Made by a program: the position numbers and the translations under genes. This document shows, piece by piece, positions 19,605 to 29,423 of a DNA stretch of 64,000 bases. Under the pieces are notes generated by a model. The model saw only the letters and a program-made list of their open reading frames with translations, searched no databases and was not told where the DNA came from. The DNA lies in IMG/VR virus record IMGVR_UViG_3300028635_000005. One strand, written 5' to 3'. The first letter of the stretch is position 1, and every line of letters starts with the position of its first letter. Origin of the DNA: a virus.

Positions 19605-19748
19605 TTAACTTCTTTTTTGAAAAATTTTAGACAATTTTATTGAAGAAGTTTTCTTTTTCTTTTTAATTTCTTCAGGAATATAAAGACCTCCGAATTGTGC
19701 TAAATCTTCATCGTGAAAAATTACATATTTTTTAGATGTTATTTTCAT
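19605..19748 (-). CDS. possible small basic protein (47 aa)
   Basis: Hand translation MKITSKKYVIFHDEDLAQFGGLYIPEEIKKKKK...; fills the gap between two genes. Confidence 0.4.
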   Translation of the reverse strand: MKITSKKYVIFHDEDLAQFGGLYIPEEIKKKKKTSSIKLSKIFQKRS

Positions 19749-19762
19749 TGATTTTCTTTGTC

Positions 19763-20254
19763 TCACTCTTCTTCCTCCTCTGTAAAAATATTTGTAAAAA
19801 GATAAGTTACTTCTTCGATCATTTTTTCTAATGAATCGAAAAATACTGCACGAGGTCTTGCAAGTTTTGTTTGAATGATAACGTCTTGTTTTCTTTCATA
19901 TTCAGGATCAATTCCTATTAAAGCAAGTTTTTTACCTGAATTACACCACATTCCCAATTCATATAAAACAATGGGATTCAATGAACCTCTAGAAAACCAA
20001 AAGAAAAGAATATCTGCCTCTTTTAGGTGCTGAAATTCCCACGCAATTTGTTCTTCAGCAGCATTAGGATCATTTATAGGAAAATTCTTTCTTCGAGGCG
20101 TATAAACCGTAAGATTTTCTATGTCTTTTAGTTCATTGACAACATAACTTTGCCAATCTGGGCAATTTGTTATCCCGCCGGCCAAAAACATTTTAACATT
20201 TTTGTTATTTTGCACCGAATATATTTCTTCGGGAGCAGTAATTATTAGTGCCAT
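19763..20254 (-). CDS. nucleoside 2-deoxyribosyltransferase-like protein (probable start MALIITAPEE)
   Basis: FLAGGITNCPDWQ...PRR...QIAWEFQHL..AD.LFFWF...PIVLYELG. Confidence 0.75.
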   Translation of the reverse strand: MALIITAPEEIYSVQNNKNVKMFLAGGITNCPDWQSYVVNELKDIENLTVYTPRRKNFPINDPNAAEEQIAWEFQHLKEADILFFWFSRGSLNPIVLYELGMWCNSGKKLALIGIDPEYERKQDVIIQTKLARPRAVFFDSLEKMIEEVTYLFTNIFTEEEEE

Positions 20255-20258
20255 ACTT

Positions 20259-20690
20259 TTACGATTTTTTTGTTTTCTTTTTAGAGTTTTTATTGTCTTC
20301 TTCTGTTTTAACCTTACAGCGAATAACAGCCTTAGCTTTAGCAATTAATTCATCTATAGGTGCATTTTCATAACCAAATCGAGCATCGCCTTCCATTAAA
20401 ATATATAAATCCTCTCCTATAGTATCTGCTACATTTTTTAAGTTATCAAAATCTAAATTTACATTTAAGTCGCCATACCAAACCTTCCCATGAGTTTTAG
20501 TTATAACATTTGCATTAAATATAACAAGATCTCCTTGATGTTCTACGCAATATTGCCCTTTAGAAGCTGCAATCATTCTTCCTAACATTAACCCATTAGT
20601 TGCAAATATTACATAACAATCTGGGTCAGATTCAAATTCAGAAGGAAAGACTGGACGACCAACAGGTTCATTTATTTTCTTTTTCTTCAT
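20259..20690 (-). CDS. hypothetical protein
   Basis: 143-aa ORF preceded by the AAAACTG-N16-TATAAA motif. Confidence 0.6.
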   Translation of the reverse strand: MKKKKINEPVGRPVFPSEFESDPDCYVIFATNGLMLGRMIAASKGQYCVEHQGDLVIFNANVITKTHGKVWYGDLNVNLDFDNLKNVADTIGEDLYILMEGDARFGYENAPIDELIAKAKAVIRCKVKTEEDNKNSKKKTKKS

Positions 20691-20746
20691 TACAATATCC
20701 TTTTTATTTTATATAATTAATTTAAACCCCAGTTTTATCGATCTTG

Positions 20747-21859
20747 TTATTCGACATCTTCACGACTGGCTCTTTCATAATAGCGTCTATTCATTAATTT
20801 CAATTTAACAAGAATCTCAGCTTGATGTCCCAAATCTTCAATGCTTAATTCAAGCAATGAAAGTATGTCTCTTATGTCTACTCCTTCTGCAAGTTCAGTA
20901 ATTTCATCTTCAAACTTTTTTCTTTCAGTTGCAGCTTCAATTTTCTTATATTTACATTCTTTTATTATATCTAAGAATCGAGTAAGATTAAATGTATGAA
21001 CATATTTATCAGGAACTATAATATCAGTGTAATTATTGTTTAGTAGTTTTACAGTATTATTTAAAGAAAGATCTAAAATATACTCAAGAGTAACACGTTG
21101 AAATAAGGGAGAATAATTATTTTCAATAAATTCAAAAGTATTTTCATTTGGGTTAAAAATATATATGCCCTTAGTATTTCCAATATCACTGCGTTTCATA
21201 TGATACGGAGATCCTATATACACGATATTGGCTAATTCTTGTCTTTTATGTATATGTCCTGAAAAAACTCTTTTAATGTTTCGAAATTTTCTAAAGTCTA
21301 CTGAAGTTGATTTAATTTCACGTCCATTATCATATTTAAAACCCATTATTTCAGAATGTGCAAATATATAATCAAATTTGTTTGCCCGAGCATAGTTTTC
21401 TTCAGATTCTTTATTTCCTATCCAAGGCAATATTAATATTTTGTTGTTATTGTTTGTAAGAATAGTAGGTTTTTGATAAATACTTACGTTAGGAATATGA
21501 CGAAATGCCACTATCGAGTTAACATCTGTGTTATATTTTTTATAAATATCATGATTCCCTGTTAAAAAATACACTGGCAATATCTCCGATAATTCGATAA
21601 CAATATCTATGGATGTATTCATTACGTAAATATCCAGCAATTGCCTATTATCGAACCAGTCACCAAGAATAAAAAGTATGTCCCCTTCTTTATAATTTTT
21701 CTTAAGATAGGGAATATAAAAATCTTGAAAAAATGATTTTTGATTTTGAAGCCACTCTAGTGAATTTGCACGAACGCCAAAGTGTAAGTCTGATAATAAA
21801 AATATTCGGTTGTATGGTATGTATTCTGTATCAAGTTTATATTGTTTTAAATTACTCAT
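20747..21859 (-). CDS. gp47: recombination nuclease subunit (gp47/SbcD/Mre11)
   Basis: SDLHFG, GDWFD, GNHD and GHIH phosphoesterase motifs; close to gp46. Confidence 0.92.
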   Translation of the reverse strand: MSNLKQYKLDTEYIPYNRIFLLSDLHFGVRANSLEWLQNQKSFFQDFYIPYLKKNYKEGDILFILGDWFDNRQLLDIYVMNTSIDIVIELSEILPVYFLTGNHDIYKKYNTDVNSIVAFRHIPNVSIYQKPTILTNNNNKILILPWIGNKESEENYARANKFDYIFAHSEIMGFKYDNGREIKSTSVDFRKFRNIKRVFSGHIHKRQELANIVYIGSPYHMKRSDIGNTKGIYIFNPNENTFEFIENNYSPLFQRVTLEYILDLSLNNTVKLLNNNYTDIIVPDKYVHTFNLTRFLDIIKECKYKKIEAATERKKFEDEITELAEGVDIRDILSLLELSIEDLGHQAEILVKLKLMNRRYYERASREDVE

Positions 21860-21874
21860 AAAAATATTTTATTT

Positions 21875-22327
21875 TTAAAATAATCTTTTTGTTTTAATTT
21901 TATTTGCCAATCCGTATTTATCGTTTAATTCACGAAGCAAACCTTCTTTATCTAAAACTCCAATCTCAGAATACAATTGTGTGTAATTAATATCAAAAAA
22001 TTCGGCAAAGGCAATAAAAATTTCCATGTTTGTAAATTGCCGTCTCTTTAAAAGTTCTTCCTTAAAGTAGTAATACATTTTTACTCTGTCATTACTATCA
22101 GCTTTTTTACGTTTACGATATTTTTCATAATAGATAGACGATTTAAAAATGTCAAACATTTCATTGTCTAACATTTTTATGATCCTATTTTCAACAATGT
22201 TATCTCCTAATTGATCTTCGTATAAATGAAAAACACTGCCTTCTACTTTAATCGTTGAGCCAAAATCTTCTCCTACGTGTTCATCTTCAATAAACGACAT
22301 TTCGGCTTTAGTTCCTTCCTTTTTCAT
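21875..22327 (-). CDS. hypothetical protein, possibly gp33-like late transcription co-activator
   Basis: The C-terminal half (FTNMEIFIAFAEFFDINYTQLYSEI...KTKRLF) loosely parallels T4 gp33; the similarity is weak and judged by eye. Confidence 0.4.
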   Translation of the reverse strand: MKKEGTKAEMSFIEDEHVGEDFGSTIKVEGSVFHLYEDQLGDNIVENRIIKMLDNEMFDIFKSSIYYEKYRKRKKADSNDRVKMYYYFKEELLKRRQFTNMEIFIAFAEFFDINYTQLYSEIGVLDKEGLLRELNDKYGLANKIKTKRLF

Positions 22328-22338
22328 GTTTTATATAT

Positions 22339-23829
22339 TTAAAATAAATTAGATCCTGTAACGTTTATATTTTTAAAATCGGGATTTTCTGAAGCCTGAG
22401 GTTCAAGTGCTGATATATTGGCATTTATAGCAGAATGAATGTCTATAGATCGTTCTTTGTTTTGTTCTTGACCTCTTGGTTGTTTTTGTCCTGAGCGAAA
22501 GTTATTTATAAAAAATTCCAAATCTTCAATACGTGCATTACTATCTTCTTCAATTCGAGCATACGGCCATTCCATTATAAACTTTTTTCGTGTATTTTCA
22601 TATCCTGCGACACGATTTGCTAAACATTTAAGATAATATTCACCGGCCGCTTTCATTTCAGCAGTTGTAATAATTCCAAAAAGAATATCTGTTGTATGTA
22701 ATAGTCCTGCAGATTCAGCAATTGAGCCTAATCCCAAATCGTCATTTTCCCAGCCTGACCGATTCGTCTGGGTCACGGTTATAATCGCCCAATCATTTTC
22801 TTGACCCATTGCACGTATATCTTCAGAAATTTGTTTTATCTTAAGATACGTATTTTCTGAATTAGGATTTCTCCAATTTCTCATGATATTAATGTAATCA
22901 ATATAAACATTATCAAACTTAAGTCCTAAAGTTTCTTGGGCTTTTTTCAAGTATGCTGAAATATCATTGGCTGAAGCAGATGCTGTTGGGAATTCTTTAA
23001 CATGCAATTCACCTAATGGTTGTAAATAATGGCGTTGTTTAAGTGTTCCCAGTTTCTGTTTTAATAATGCCTGATCTTTTGTAAAGTTCTCATAATTATC
23101 TAATTGCACGTTTAAAAGATTTGCACCAATACGCATATGAACCAATTCTTCTTGAAGTTCTAATGTTATATATGCTGTATTATACCCATTTAACACTGAT
23201 TTTGCGGCTAAGTTACACAACCACATCGATTTTCCAGCTTTTGGCATCCCAAAAAGGACCATCAGCATTCCTTTCCAATATCCGCCTTTAGTACATATAT
23301 CAATGTAATTATATCCCGAAGTTGTCCTTGCCAATCGAGTTTGTAAGTGAGATGTTGGGTCAAAGAAACTTGTTCCGAGATTAAACGAAAAGTCAATAGC
23401 AGTTTCTGTCGAAAGCATATGACGTATTTTCTCAACAACTTCACCGGCATTATCAGCTGTAACTGCAGTTGTCTTCATATACGCAATTGCTTTACGCATA
23501 ACGTTATCCAAGTTACGAACCTGGATCCAGGGACCTACGTTATCTTCTAACCATTCATCTCCGTATTGTGTTAAAAGTTGTTTTGCATTGTATAATGATG
23601 ATATAAGGTCATCAGGATATTTTTCACTTAGTCCTTGTAACTGAACCAATTGAATCATTTGTTCCTTTGAAGGAGCTTCTTTATATCTTAAGGCATGTGT
23701 TTTAGCAATTTTAAAAAGTTCTCTAATGTTTGCATTCATAAAGAACTCCGGCTTTGTCGTATTAAGAAAAATTTGATTGCCTAAGATATAATGATAAAAA
23801 ACTTGTTCCTGAAATGAAGTAACACTCAT
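22339..23829 (-). CDS. gp41: replicative DNA helicase (gp41/DnaB family)
   Basis: Walker A GMPKAGKS, ITLELQEE, YIDYINI, TVTQTNRSG, IAESAG. Confidence 0.92.
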   Translation of the reverse strand: MSVTSFQEQVFYHYILGNQIFLNTTKPEFFMNANIRELFKIAKTHALRYKEAPSKEQMIQLVQLQGLSEKYPDDLISSLYNAKQLLTQYGDEWLEDNVGPWIQVRNLDNVMRKAIAYMKTTAVTADNAGEVVEKIRHMLSTETAIDFSFNLGTSFFDPTSHLQTRLARTTSGYNYIDICTKGGYWKGMLMVLFGMPKAGKSMWLCNLAAKSVLNGYNTAYITLELQEELVHMRIGANLLNVQLDNYENFTKDQALLKQKLGTLKQRHYLQPLGELHVKEFPTASASANDISAYLKKAQETLGLKFDNVYIDYINIMRNWRNPNSENTYLKIKQISEDIRAMGQENDWAIITVTQTNRSGWENDDLGLGSIAESAGLLHTTDILFGIITTAEMKAAGEYYLKCLANRVAGYENTRKKFIMEWPYARIEEDSNARIEDLEFFINNFRSGQKQPRGQEQNKERSIDIHSAINANISALEPQASENPDFKNINVTGSNLF

Positions 23830-23848
23830 TGTTTAAAATAATTTTGTT

Positions 23849-24139
23849 TTATATCTCTTTTTCCCATAAATGTTTTACTACACGATAATTTGAGTACTTT
23901 ACTCGTTCTAAGTATCCCATTTCAACCAACCTATCCAAATCATCTGAAAGGGATTTTAAAATTCTTGTTCGTGTTTTAAAATATGCTTCCTTGGGCTTAA
24001 ATTGTGATGTTTCTGGATCATATCTTCGTTCTTCGTCTAAAAAATAAACAATTTCAAATAAAAGATCTTCGTGGGTTGGTTCTTCGATAATTCCCATAAG
24101 ATTTTTAATTTTTACATTTGATATATCAAGGGGCTTCAT
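23849..24139 (-). CDS. hypothetical protein
   Basis: 96-aa ORF preceded by the AAAACTT-N16-TATAAA motif. Confidence 0.55.
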   Translation of the reverse strand: MKPLDISNVKIKNLMGIIEEPTHEDLLFEIVYFLDEERRYDPETSQFKPKEAYFKTRTRILKSLSDDLDRLVEMGYLERVKYSNYRVVKHLWEKEI

Positions 24140-24220
24140 ATAAAAATGGTTTATTTTTATAAATCAAAAAGGGTCTGAAGTTTTATTCCAGACCTTAAAT
24201 AACTGTTAAATAGAAGATGT

Positions 24221-26104
24221 TTATATCTCCGGAACTTCGAAATTATCAAGTTCAGAAATATCAACTTCATTATCAATGTTAGGATCTCCCATTTCAGCCC
24301 CGTCTAAAAGATCTCCAGATACCTCTGCTAAGTCCTCAAGAGATTCTATGCTTGGAAGCATGAATGTTTTCTTTATAATATTGTCATCAAGTTGTTTAAG
24401 AATTTCAGGTGTAAAGACTTTATCAGTATAAAGTTCTGAGATAGGAATTTCACCCTTAAGATGTTTGCATACAAGTTTTCTGGCAGTGTCTTTAGGCATT
24501 GCATATGCAATTTTTCCATCTTCAGTTTCAAATTCATAACATTTTTTCTTATCCACATCTGAAAGTTTTGCGTAATCTTTTTCAGATATCATGTTACCGC
24601 GTATAATGCCACAGGTTTCCCAGTTAACAAATTTTTCAAGACCCACATAAGGGTTTGGTTTTTTATAGAATGGGATATGAATCTGAACTTTAATAGGACG
24701 AGCAAATCTTTGTTTATAGGGAGTAACTGTAATAACAACACCTATTCTTGTGGCATCAATACCGCGTTTTTTAACATGTTCCTCAGAGTCTTTATCAGTT
24801 AACTTTGATTTTGTAAGCATAAATATGATAGATGCATTAAATTGAGCACCACCTCCACCAGATATGGTTTGCCCAGGAATATAAGAGCCTATCGATGAAT
24901 ACGTGTGATTCGCTATTATGAACGGGATTCCGTTTTTAGCAAAATCATTTCCAATAACTCTAAACATTCTACGAATAGATTGTTGTTTAGTCATGTCTCT
25001 TTTGTCAGAGCCAGATGTTGTATCAGTTTTTTCCTTTATTGAAGATAAGTTTCCAAGCGAATCAAGAACAACTATAATTTTAGGAGGAATTTTCCCTTGA
25101 TTACGAATTTCGTTTATAGATTCATTTAATTTTGCAGTTAATGTGGCAAATTCTTCAACAGTGTTTACGTTTTCAATACGAAATTTTGAAGTATCAATTC
25201 CCAGGCGTTTAACAAAATCAACATCTATTGAACCTTCTGAATCATAATAAATAGGAAAATAATCCATTGCTTGAGCATTACGAACAATGGAACATGCTAA
25301 ATACGTTTTTCCTGTGTTATGACTGCTTAGTCCATTGCCCGACCAATAACGATGATTATCGTGAAGTACCTCAAAATCATATACTTCCTCTAATTTTTTG
25401 TATTTCTTAATTTTATTAACTTTTCTATACCCCTCCTTTGTAAGAATATAATCTTCCTTTGTTATGTCTTTTGCAAATTTCCATCCTAAAGAAGTTTCAA
25501 ACTTATGATCCTCAGAACATTTTGTTCTATAATTACTTTTAGTTTTAATTAAATAAATTTGTCTTGGCGATTTAATATAAAATTCGCCAACCTCGTTAAA
25601 ACCGTCGGGGGTATTTATCAAAAATGCTATATCACCATAATTATCAATTAATTCTTTAATTTTAATTTTTTGAGAATTTGTTTTTGCGTATTCATTAAAT
25701 TTCTTTAAAAGATATTCATCTGTACATTCATTCAACGGTTTTTCTAAAAATGCATCCAATTTATCTTTAAATACATATTTTAACTCTTGGACAATATCTA
25801 AATTGTTTGTTTGAGATACATTGCTCTTAAAAACATATATCTCAACTTCTTCATTTTTGTGTAAACAACCAGTTTCTCCAGCCAACATTAACGATCTTCT
25901 GTTTGGCATTCCTCCGAATAAAGATCCACTTAAAGCTGCATTAAGAATATAAGAACCTGTGGGTATCCACTCATCAATTTTTGCATATATACTATCTTCT
26001 ATAATTGCTCCATCGGGACTAAATTTAGAGAGCATATCATTAAGTTCTAAAAATGAACTTCTTTTATCGTCAGAAGACTTCTTAGGTGACATTTTTTTAG
26101 CCAT
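24221..26104 (-). CDS. uvsX: RecA-like recombinase UvsX containing an intein
   Basis: IPTGSYILNAALSG, P-loop AGETG|TGKT after intein removal, YYDSEGS, VLDSLGNL, IIANHTY, ISGGGG. Confidence 0.92.
   Translation of the reverse strand: MAKKMSPKKSSDDKRSSFLELNDMLSKFSPDGAIIEDSIYAKIDEWIPTGSYILNAALSGSLFGGMPNRRSLMLAGETGCLHKNEEVEIYVFKSNVSQTNNLDIVQELKYVFKDKLDAFLEKPLNECTDEYLLKKFNEYAKTNSQKIKIKELIDNYGDIAFLINTPDGFNEVGEFYIKSPRQIYLIKTKSNYRTKCSEDHKFETSLGWKFAKDITKEDYILTKEGYRKVNKIKKYKKLEEVYDFEVLHDNHRYWSGNGLSSHNTGKTYLACSIVRNAQAMDYFPIYYDSEGSIDVDFVKRLGIDTSKFRIENVNTVEEFATLTAKLNESINEIRNQGKIPPKIIVVLDSLGNLSSIKEKTDTTSGSDKRDMTKQQSIRRMFRVIGNDFAKNGIPFIIANHTYSSIGSYIPGQTISGGGGAQFNASIIFMLTKSKLTDKDSEEHVKKRGIDATRIGVVITVTPYKQRFARPIKVQIHIPFYKKPNPYVGLEKFVNWETCGIIRGNMISEKDYAKLSDVDKKKCYEFETEDGKIAYAMPKDTARKLVCKHLKGEIPISELYTDKVFTPEILKQLDDNIIKKTFMLPSIESLEDLAEVSGDLLDGAEMGDPNIDNEVDISELDNFEVPEI
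25316..25867 (-). mobile_element. mini-intein (184 aa) in the UvsX P-loop
   Basis: Begins Cys (CLHKNEEV), block B CSEDHKF, block F VYDFEV, ends SSHN followed by Thr; no LAGLIDADG motif. Confidence 0.9.
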
Positions 26105-26181
26105 AAACGAATATTTTATTTTTATTTATTTTATTCGAATATGGCTAAAAAGTTTTCAAATAGTGTCTATAAATAATTATA

Positions 26182-26580
26182 TCAATCTAAATAGTTTAAC
26201 AATGTTTGGAATCTCCAGAAAATTCTCTTTTCTGCCTCTTTCTTTGTTAAAAATCCTGCCCAATCAATCTCGGATTTATCAAGCTTAGTTATCTTAATAG
26301 GCTTAGATAATTTTATGACAAAAAAGTAAACTCTTTTATAAAGTTTTCCTCTTTCATCTATATAATTTATGTATCCTTCATCTGAAATAGGGGTTTTCTC
26401 AATATCTATAAAAACACCAATTTCTTCTTTTGTTTCTCGGATAGCAGCATCAAGAATTTCTTCGTCTTTTTCGACATGTCCTTTTGGAAATGAATAAGAG
26501 TTCCACCATTTTTGACCAGTTGGGTGGCATAAAAGAATTTTGTTGTCTGCAATAAGAACAAGACCAGCTGAAATAGTCAT
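26182..26580 (-). CDS. NUDIX hydrolase
   Basis: Nudix box PKGHVEKDEEILDAAIRETKEEIG. Confidence 0.9.
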   Translation of the reverse strand: MTISAGLVLIADNKILLCHPTGQKWWNSYSFPKGHVEKDEEILDAAIRETKEEIGVFIDIEKTPISDEGYINYIDERGKLYKRVYFFVIKLSKPIKITKLDKSEIDWAGFLTKKEAEKRIFWRFQTLLNYLD

Positions 26581-26638
26581 TCTATATAATCATTTTAGTT
26601 AAATATAAACAAAATTTTTGAGAAATAAAAACATATTT

Positions 26639-28339
26639 TTAAATTATAATATCTCCGTATACATCAGTTAGTATCGTTGAAAATTTAGCAGTATTTGTCC
26701 ATGGCTCTATATCATACCCTGATGTGATTGGAGGTGTATGTAAAACAGCTGTTGGATTATCATCAAATGAATCAGCTGCAACTGTTGGTGCAATTGGGGG
26801 ATACATATTTATTGTGTTAAGAGAAGGACAATCTGCAAACGCAGCATTTCCGATACTTGTAACAGCGAAAGGAATATCTATCAAGGCTAAAGATTCACAG
26901 CCAATGAACGCAACATCCCTAATACTTAATAATGATGTAAAGCTAGCACTTTCAAGATTTCTACAGAAATTCATTATTGCTTCTGGCATGCTAAAATGAG
27001 CAAATGGTGAAATTTCTATACCATTTTCCATATCATCTAAACATACCATATCAATTACGCATCCAGTATCTTTAAAGTGTATCAAACTCGTTGCACACGT
27101 TGAATCAGCAAATAAGCCTCCCCTTAATGTTATATCTTTGCCACCTCTTAATGTTACTTCGTTTCCATTGACTAAAACTGATGTAAACGGCGTTCCATAA
27201 GTTGGCAAATCAAAGAACGTGTTCCAGTTACTTATTGAGGTAGCATCGGCAACTGGTGCATTAGAAATATTGTCAAATGTCAATGTTAATTGCATAAGGT
27301 CAGGAATTATCTGTACAAACTTAGCAGCATTTGTCCAAGGTGCAACATCATATCCCGAAGCATCGTAAGAGATATGAAGAGTAGCAGCATAATCGCCAAA
27401 AGTATTATCCGCATTAACTGTTGGGGCAATTGCAGGATACATGTTTACTGTATTAAGGGAAGAACAATTTGCAAACGCATCAGTTCCAATACTTGTAACA
27501 TTAATAGGTATAGTTATAGAAGTAAGGGCAGTGCACCCTTCAAACGCATTATTTCCGATACTTATGATATTATTGGGCATAACTATAGAAGTAAGGGCCT
27601 GACACCAGGCAAATGTATAGGATCCAATCGTTGTAACATCGTCAGGTATAATTATAGAAGTAAGGACTTTACAGGCTGCAAATGCACTATTTCCAATACT
27701 TGTAACACTATTTGGCAAAGTTATAGAAGTAAGGGACTCACAACTAGCAAATGCACTATTTCCAATACTTGTAACATTATTGCCTAATGTTACTGCGGAA
27801 AGAGAAAAACAATAATGAAATGCTTCGTTTTCAATACTTGTAACACTGTTTGACAAAGTTATAGAAGTAAGGATTATACAACTTGTAAATGCACTATTTC
27901 CAATACTTAATAATGATGTGAAGCTAGCACTTTCAAGATTTCTGCAGATCTTTGAATCTTCTGGTGGTATTATATAAACAAATGGCGTAATTGTTAAATA
28001 ATTTTCTGGCTCATTGATACATATCATATCAACTATACATCCCATGTCTTTAAGATGTATGAGACTTGTTTCACATATCGAATTAGCGAATAAACCTCCC
28101 CTTAATGTTATATTTTTACCACCTTTTAATGTTACTTCATTTCCTTCAACTGAAACTGACGTAAAAGGTGTTCCGTAGGTTGGCAGATCAAAAAATGTGT
28201 TCCATTCATTGACACTCATTGCGTTTGTAACAGGAACATTGGATATATCATCGAAAGTTAATATTAAATTAGAAGCCGGCATCCATCCGTACTTGTTATT
28301 TAATTGGGCGTATTTTCCCTGATAAATTGCTAGGGGCAT
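26639..28339 (-). CDS. BspA/TpLRR-type leucine-rich repeat protein with a duplicated module
   Basis: 23-aa repeats SITLPNSVTSIGNSAFxxCxSLT; two copies of the module WNTFFDLPTYGTPFTSV...ITLRGGLFA; late motif at 28355-28363. Confidence 0.85.
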   Translation of the reverse strand: MPLAIYQGKYAQLNNKYGWMPASNLILTFDDISNVPVTNAMSVNEWNTFFDLPTYGTPFTSVSVEGNEVTLKGGKNITLRGGLFANSICETSLIHLKDMGCIVDMICINEPENYLTITPFVYIIPPEDSKICRNLESASFTSLLSIGNSAFTSCIILTSITLSNSVTSIENEAFHYCFSLSAVTLGNNVTSIGNSAFASCESLTSITLPNSVTSIGNSAFAACKVLTSIIIPDDVTTIGSYTFAWCQALTSIVMPNNIISIGNNAFEGCTALTSITIPINVTSIGTDAFANCSSLNTVNMYPAIAPTVNADNTFGDYAATLHISYDASGYDVAPWTNAAKFVQIIPDLMQLTLTFDNISNAPVADATSISNWNTFFDLPTYGTPFTSVLVNGNEVTLRGGKDITLRGGLFADSTCATSLIHFKDTGCVIDMVCLDDMENGIEISPFAHFSMPEAIMNFCRNLESASFTSLLSIRDVAFIGCESLALIDIPFAVTSIGNAAFADCPSLNTINMYPPIAPTVAADSFDDNPTAVLHTPPITSGYDIEPWTNTAKFSTILTDVYGDIII

Positions 28340-28373
28340 TTATTTATTTTTTATTTTATATATTTAAAAAAGA

Positions 28374-28398
28374 AGAGGAGCATTATTATTGCTCCTCT
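28374..28398 (-). terminator. intrinsic terminator
   Basis: GAGGAGCA-N7-TGCTCCTC followed by a T-rich run on the minus strand. Confidence 0.6.
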
Positions 28399-29029
28399 AA
28401 ATTGATATTTCTGCACCATCTTTTTCAAATCCATCTTTTTGTCGTTGGTTCATAATTAAAACGACTTCATACAAATTTATTGGACGACACCAGCCAAAAA
28501 TTCCTGCATAATTTTCACGATTATCAATACCACAGTCCCATGATAACCCAGTATTTTGAAATCTCCCATGTGTATGGCCGTACAGATGCCATGACCCATG
28601 AATTTTTCTATTCCAACTTGCAATAGGATAATGACACAACACAATATGGATATTCAAATTTTCTCGAGAGAACGTGAAATCTTTAAGCTGTTTCACCTCT
28701 AACCAATTCCCAAGATTAACAACACTTTTATCATGATTGCCAACGATTAAATGCTTATTTCCGTTCAATCTAGCAACCCATTTTTCAGCATCTTTTCTCT
28801 TAGCAAATGATACGTCCCCAAGTATGTAGACCTCATCTTTCTTTTGGACATATTTATTGAACACTTCTTTGAGAAGCCATTCATCATGTTCTTCTTTTGA
28901 GACTGGGCGATTACAGATATCGATAATTTTCAAGTGAGAATGATGAAGATCTGCAGTAAACCATATTTTTTGCATTTCAGCAATAAGTTGGCTATCAAGC
29001 TTATCTACTATGTCTTTCTGAATGTTCAT
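28397..29029 (-). CDS. calcineurin-like metallophosphoesterase
   Basis: ADLHH, LGDVS, VGNHD, CHYP and LYGHTHG motifs. Confidence 0.88.
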   Translation of the reverse strand: MNIQKDIVDKLDSQLIAEMQKIWFTADLHHSHLKIIDICNRPVSKEEHDEWLLKEVFNKYVQKKDEVYILGDVSFAKRKDAEKWVARLNGNKHLIVGNHDKSVVNLGNWLEVKQLKDFTFSRENLNIHIVLCHYPIASWNRKIHGSWHLYGHTHGRFQNTGLSWDCGIDNRENYAGIFGWCRPINLYEVVLIMNQRQKDGFEKDGAEISI

Positions 29030-29327
29030 CTAACATTTCTTTAAAATCTTTTTCTATTAATTCCCAGTTTAAATCGGGATGCCACAAAAACACCGTAAAA
29101 AGATCTACCCAATCGTTATTTCTAGGGTTTTCAAAATTGTCAAATCCCAACCTATAATCTTGATTTAAAACAATTTTACGCATTTCTTCTGGGATATCTT
29201 CAAGAAATGTTTCTTTATTGTTTTTCACATACATATATAAAAAATGTATCATTTCGGCAGACAAAATGAAACATGACTCATATTCGTTGTGATACTTGTC
29301 ATTGAAAAATTCTATAAACTTGCTCAT
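29001..29327 (-). CDS. hypothetical protein
   Basis: 108-aa ORF downstream of a host-type promoter motif (29355-29362). Confidence 0.55.
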   Translation of the reverse strand: MSKFIEFFNDKYHNEYESCFILSAEMIHFLYMYVKNNKETFLEDIPEEMRKIVLNQDYRLGFDNFENPRNNDWVDLFTVFLWHPDLNWELIEKDFKEMLDEHSERHSR

Positions 29328-29423
29328 ATTTTATAACAGATTATACTTAAATTATAAATATAAACAAAAAAACCGAAATAAAAAAATTATTTCGGTCTTT
29401 ATTTTCTGAGAACAAAAGATATT

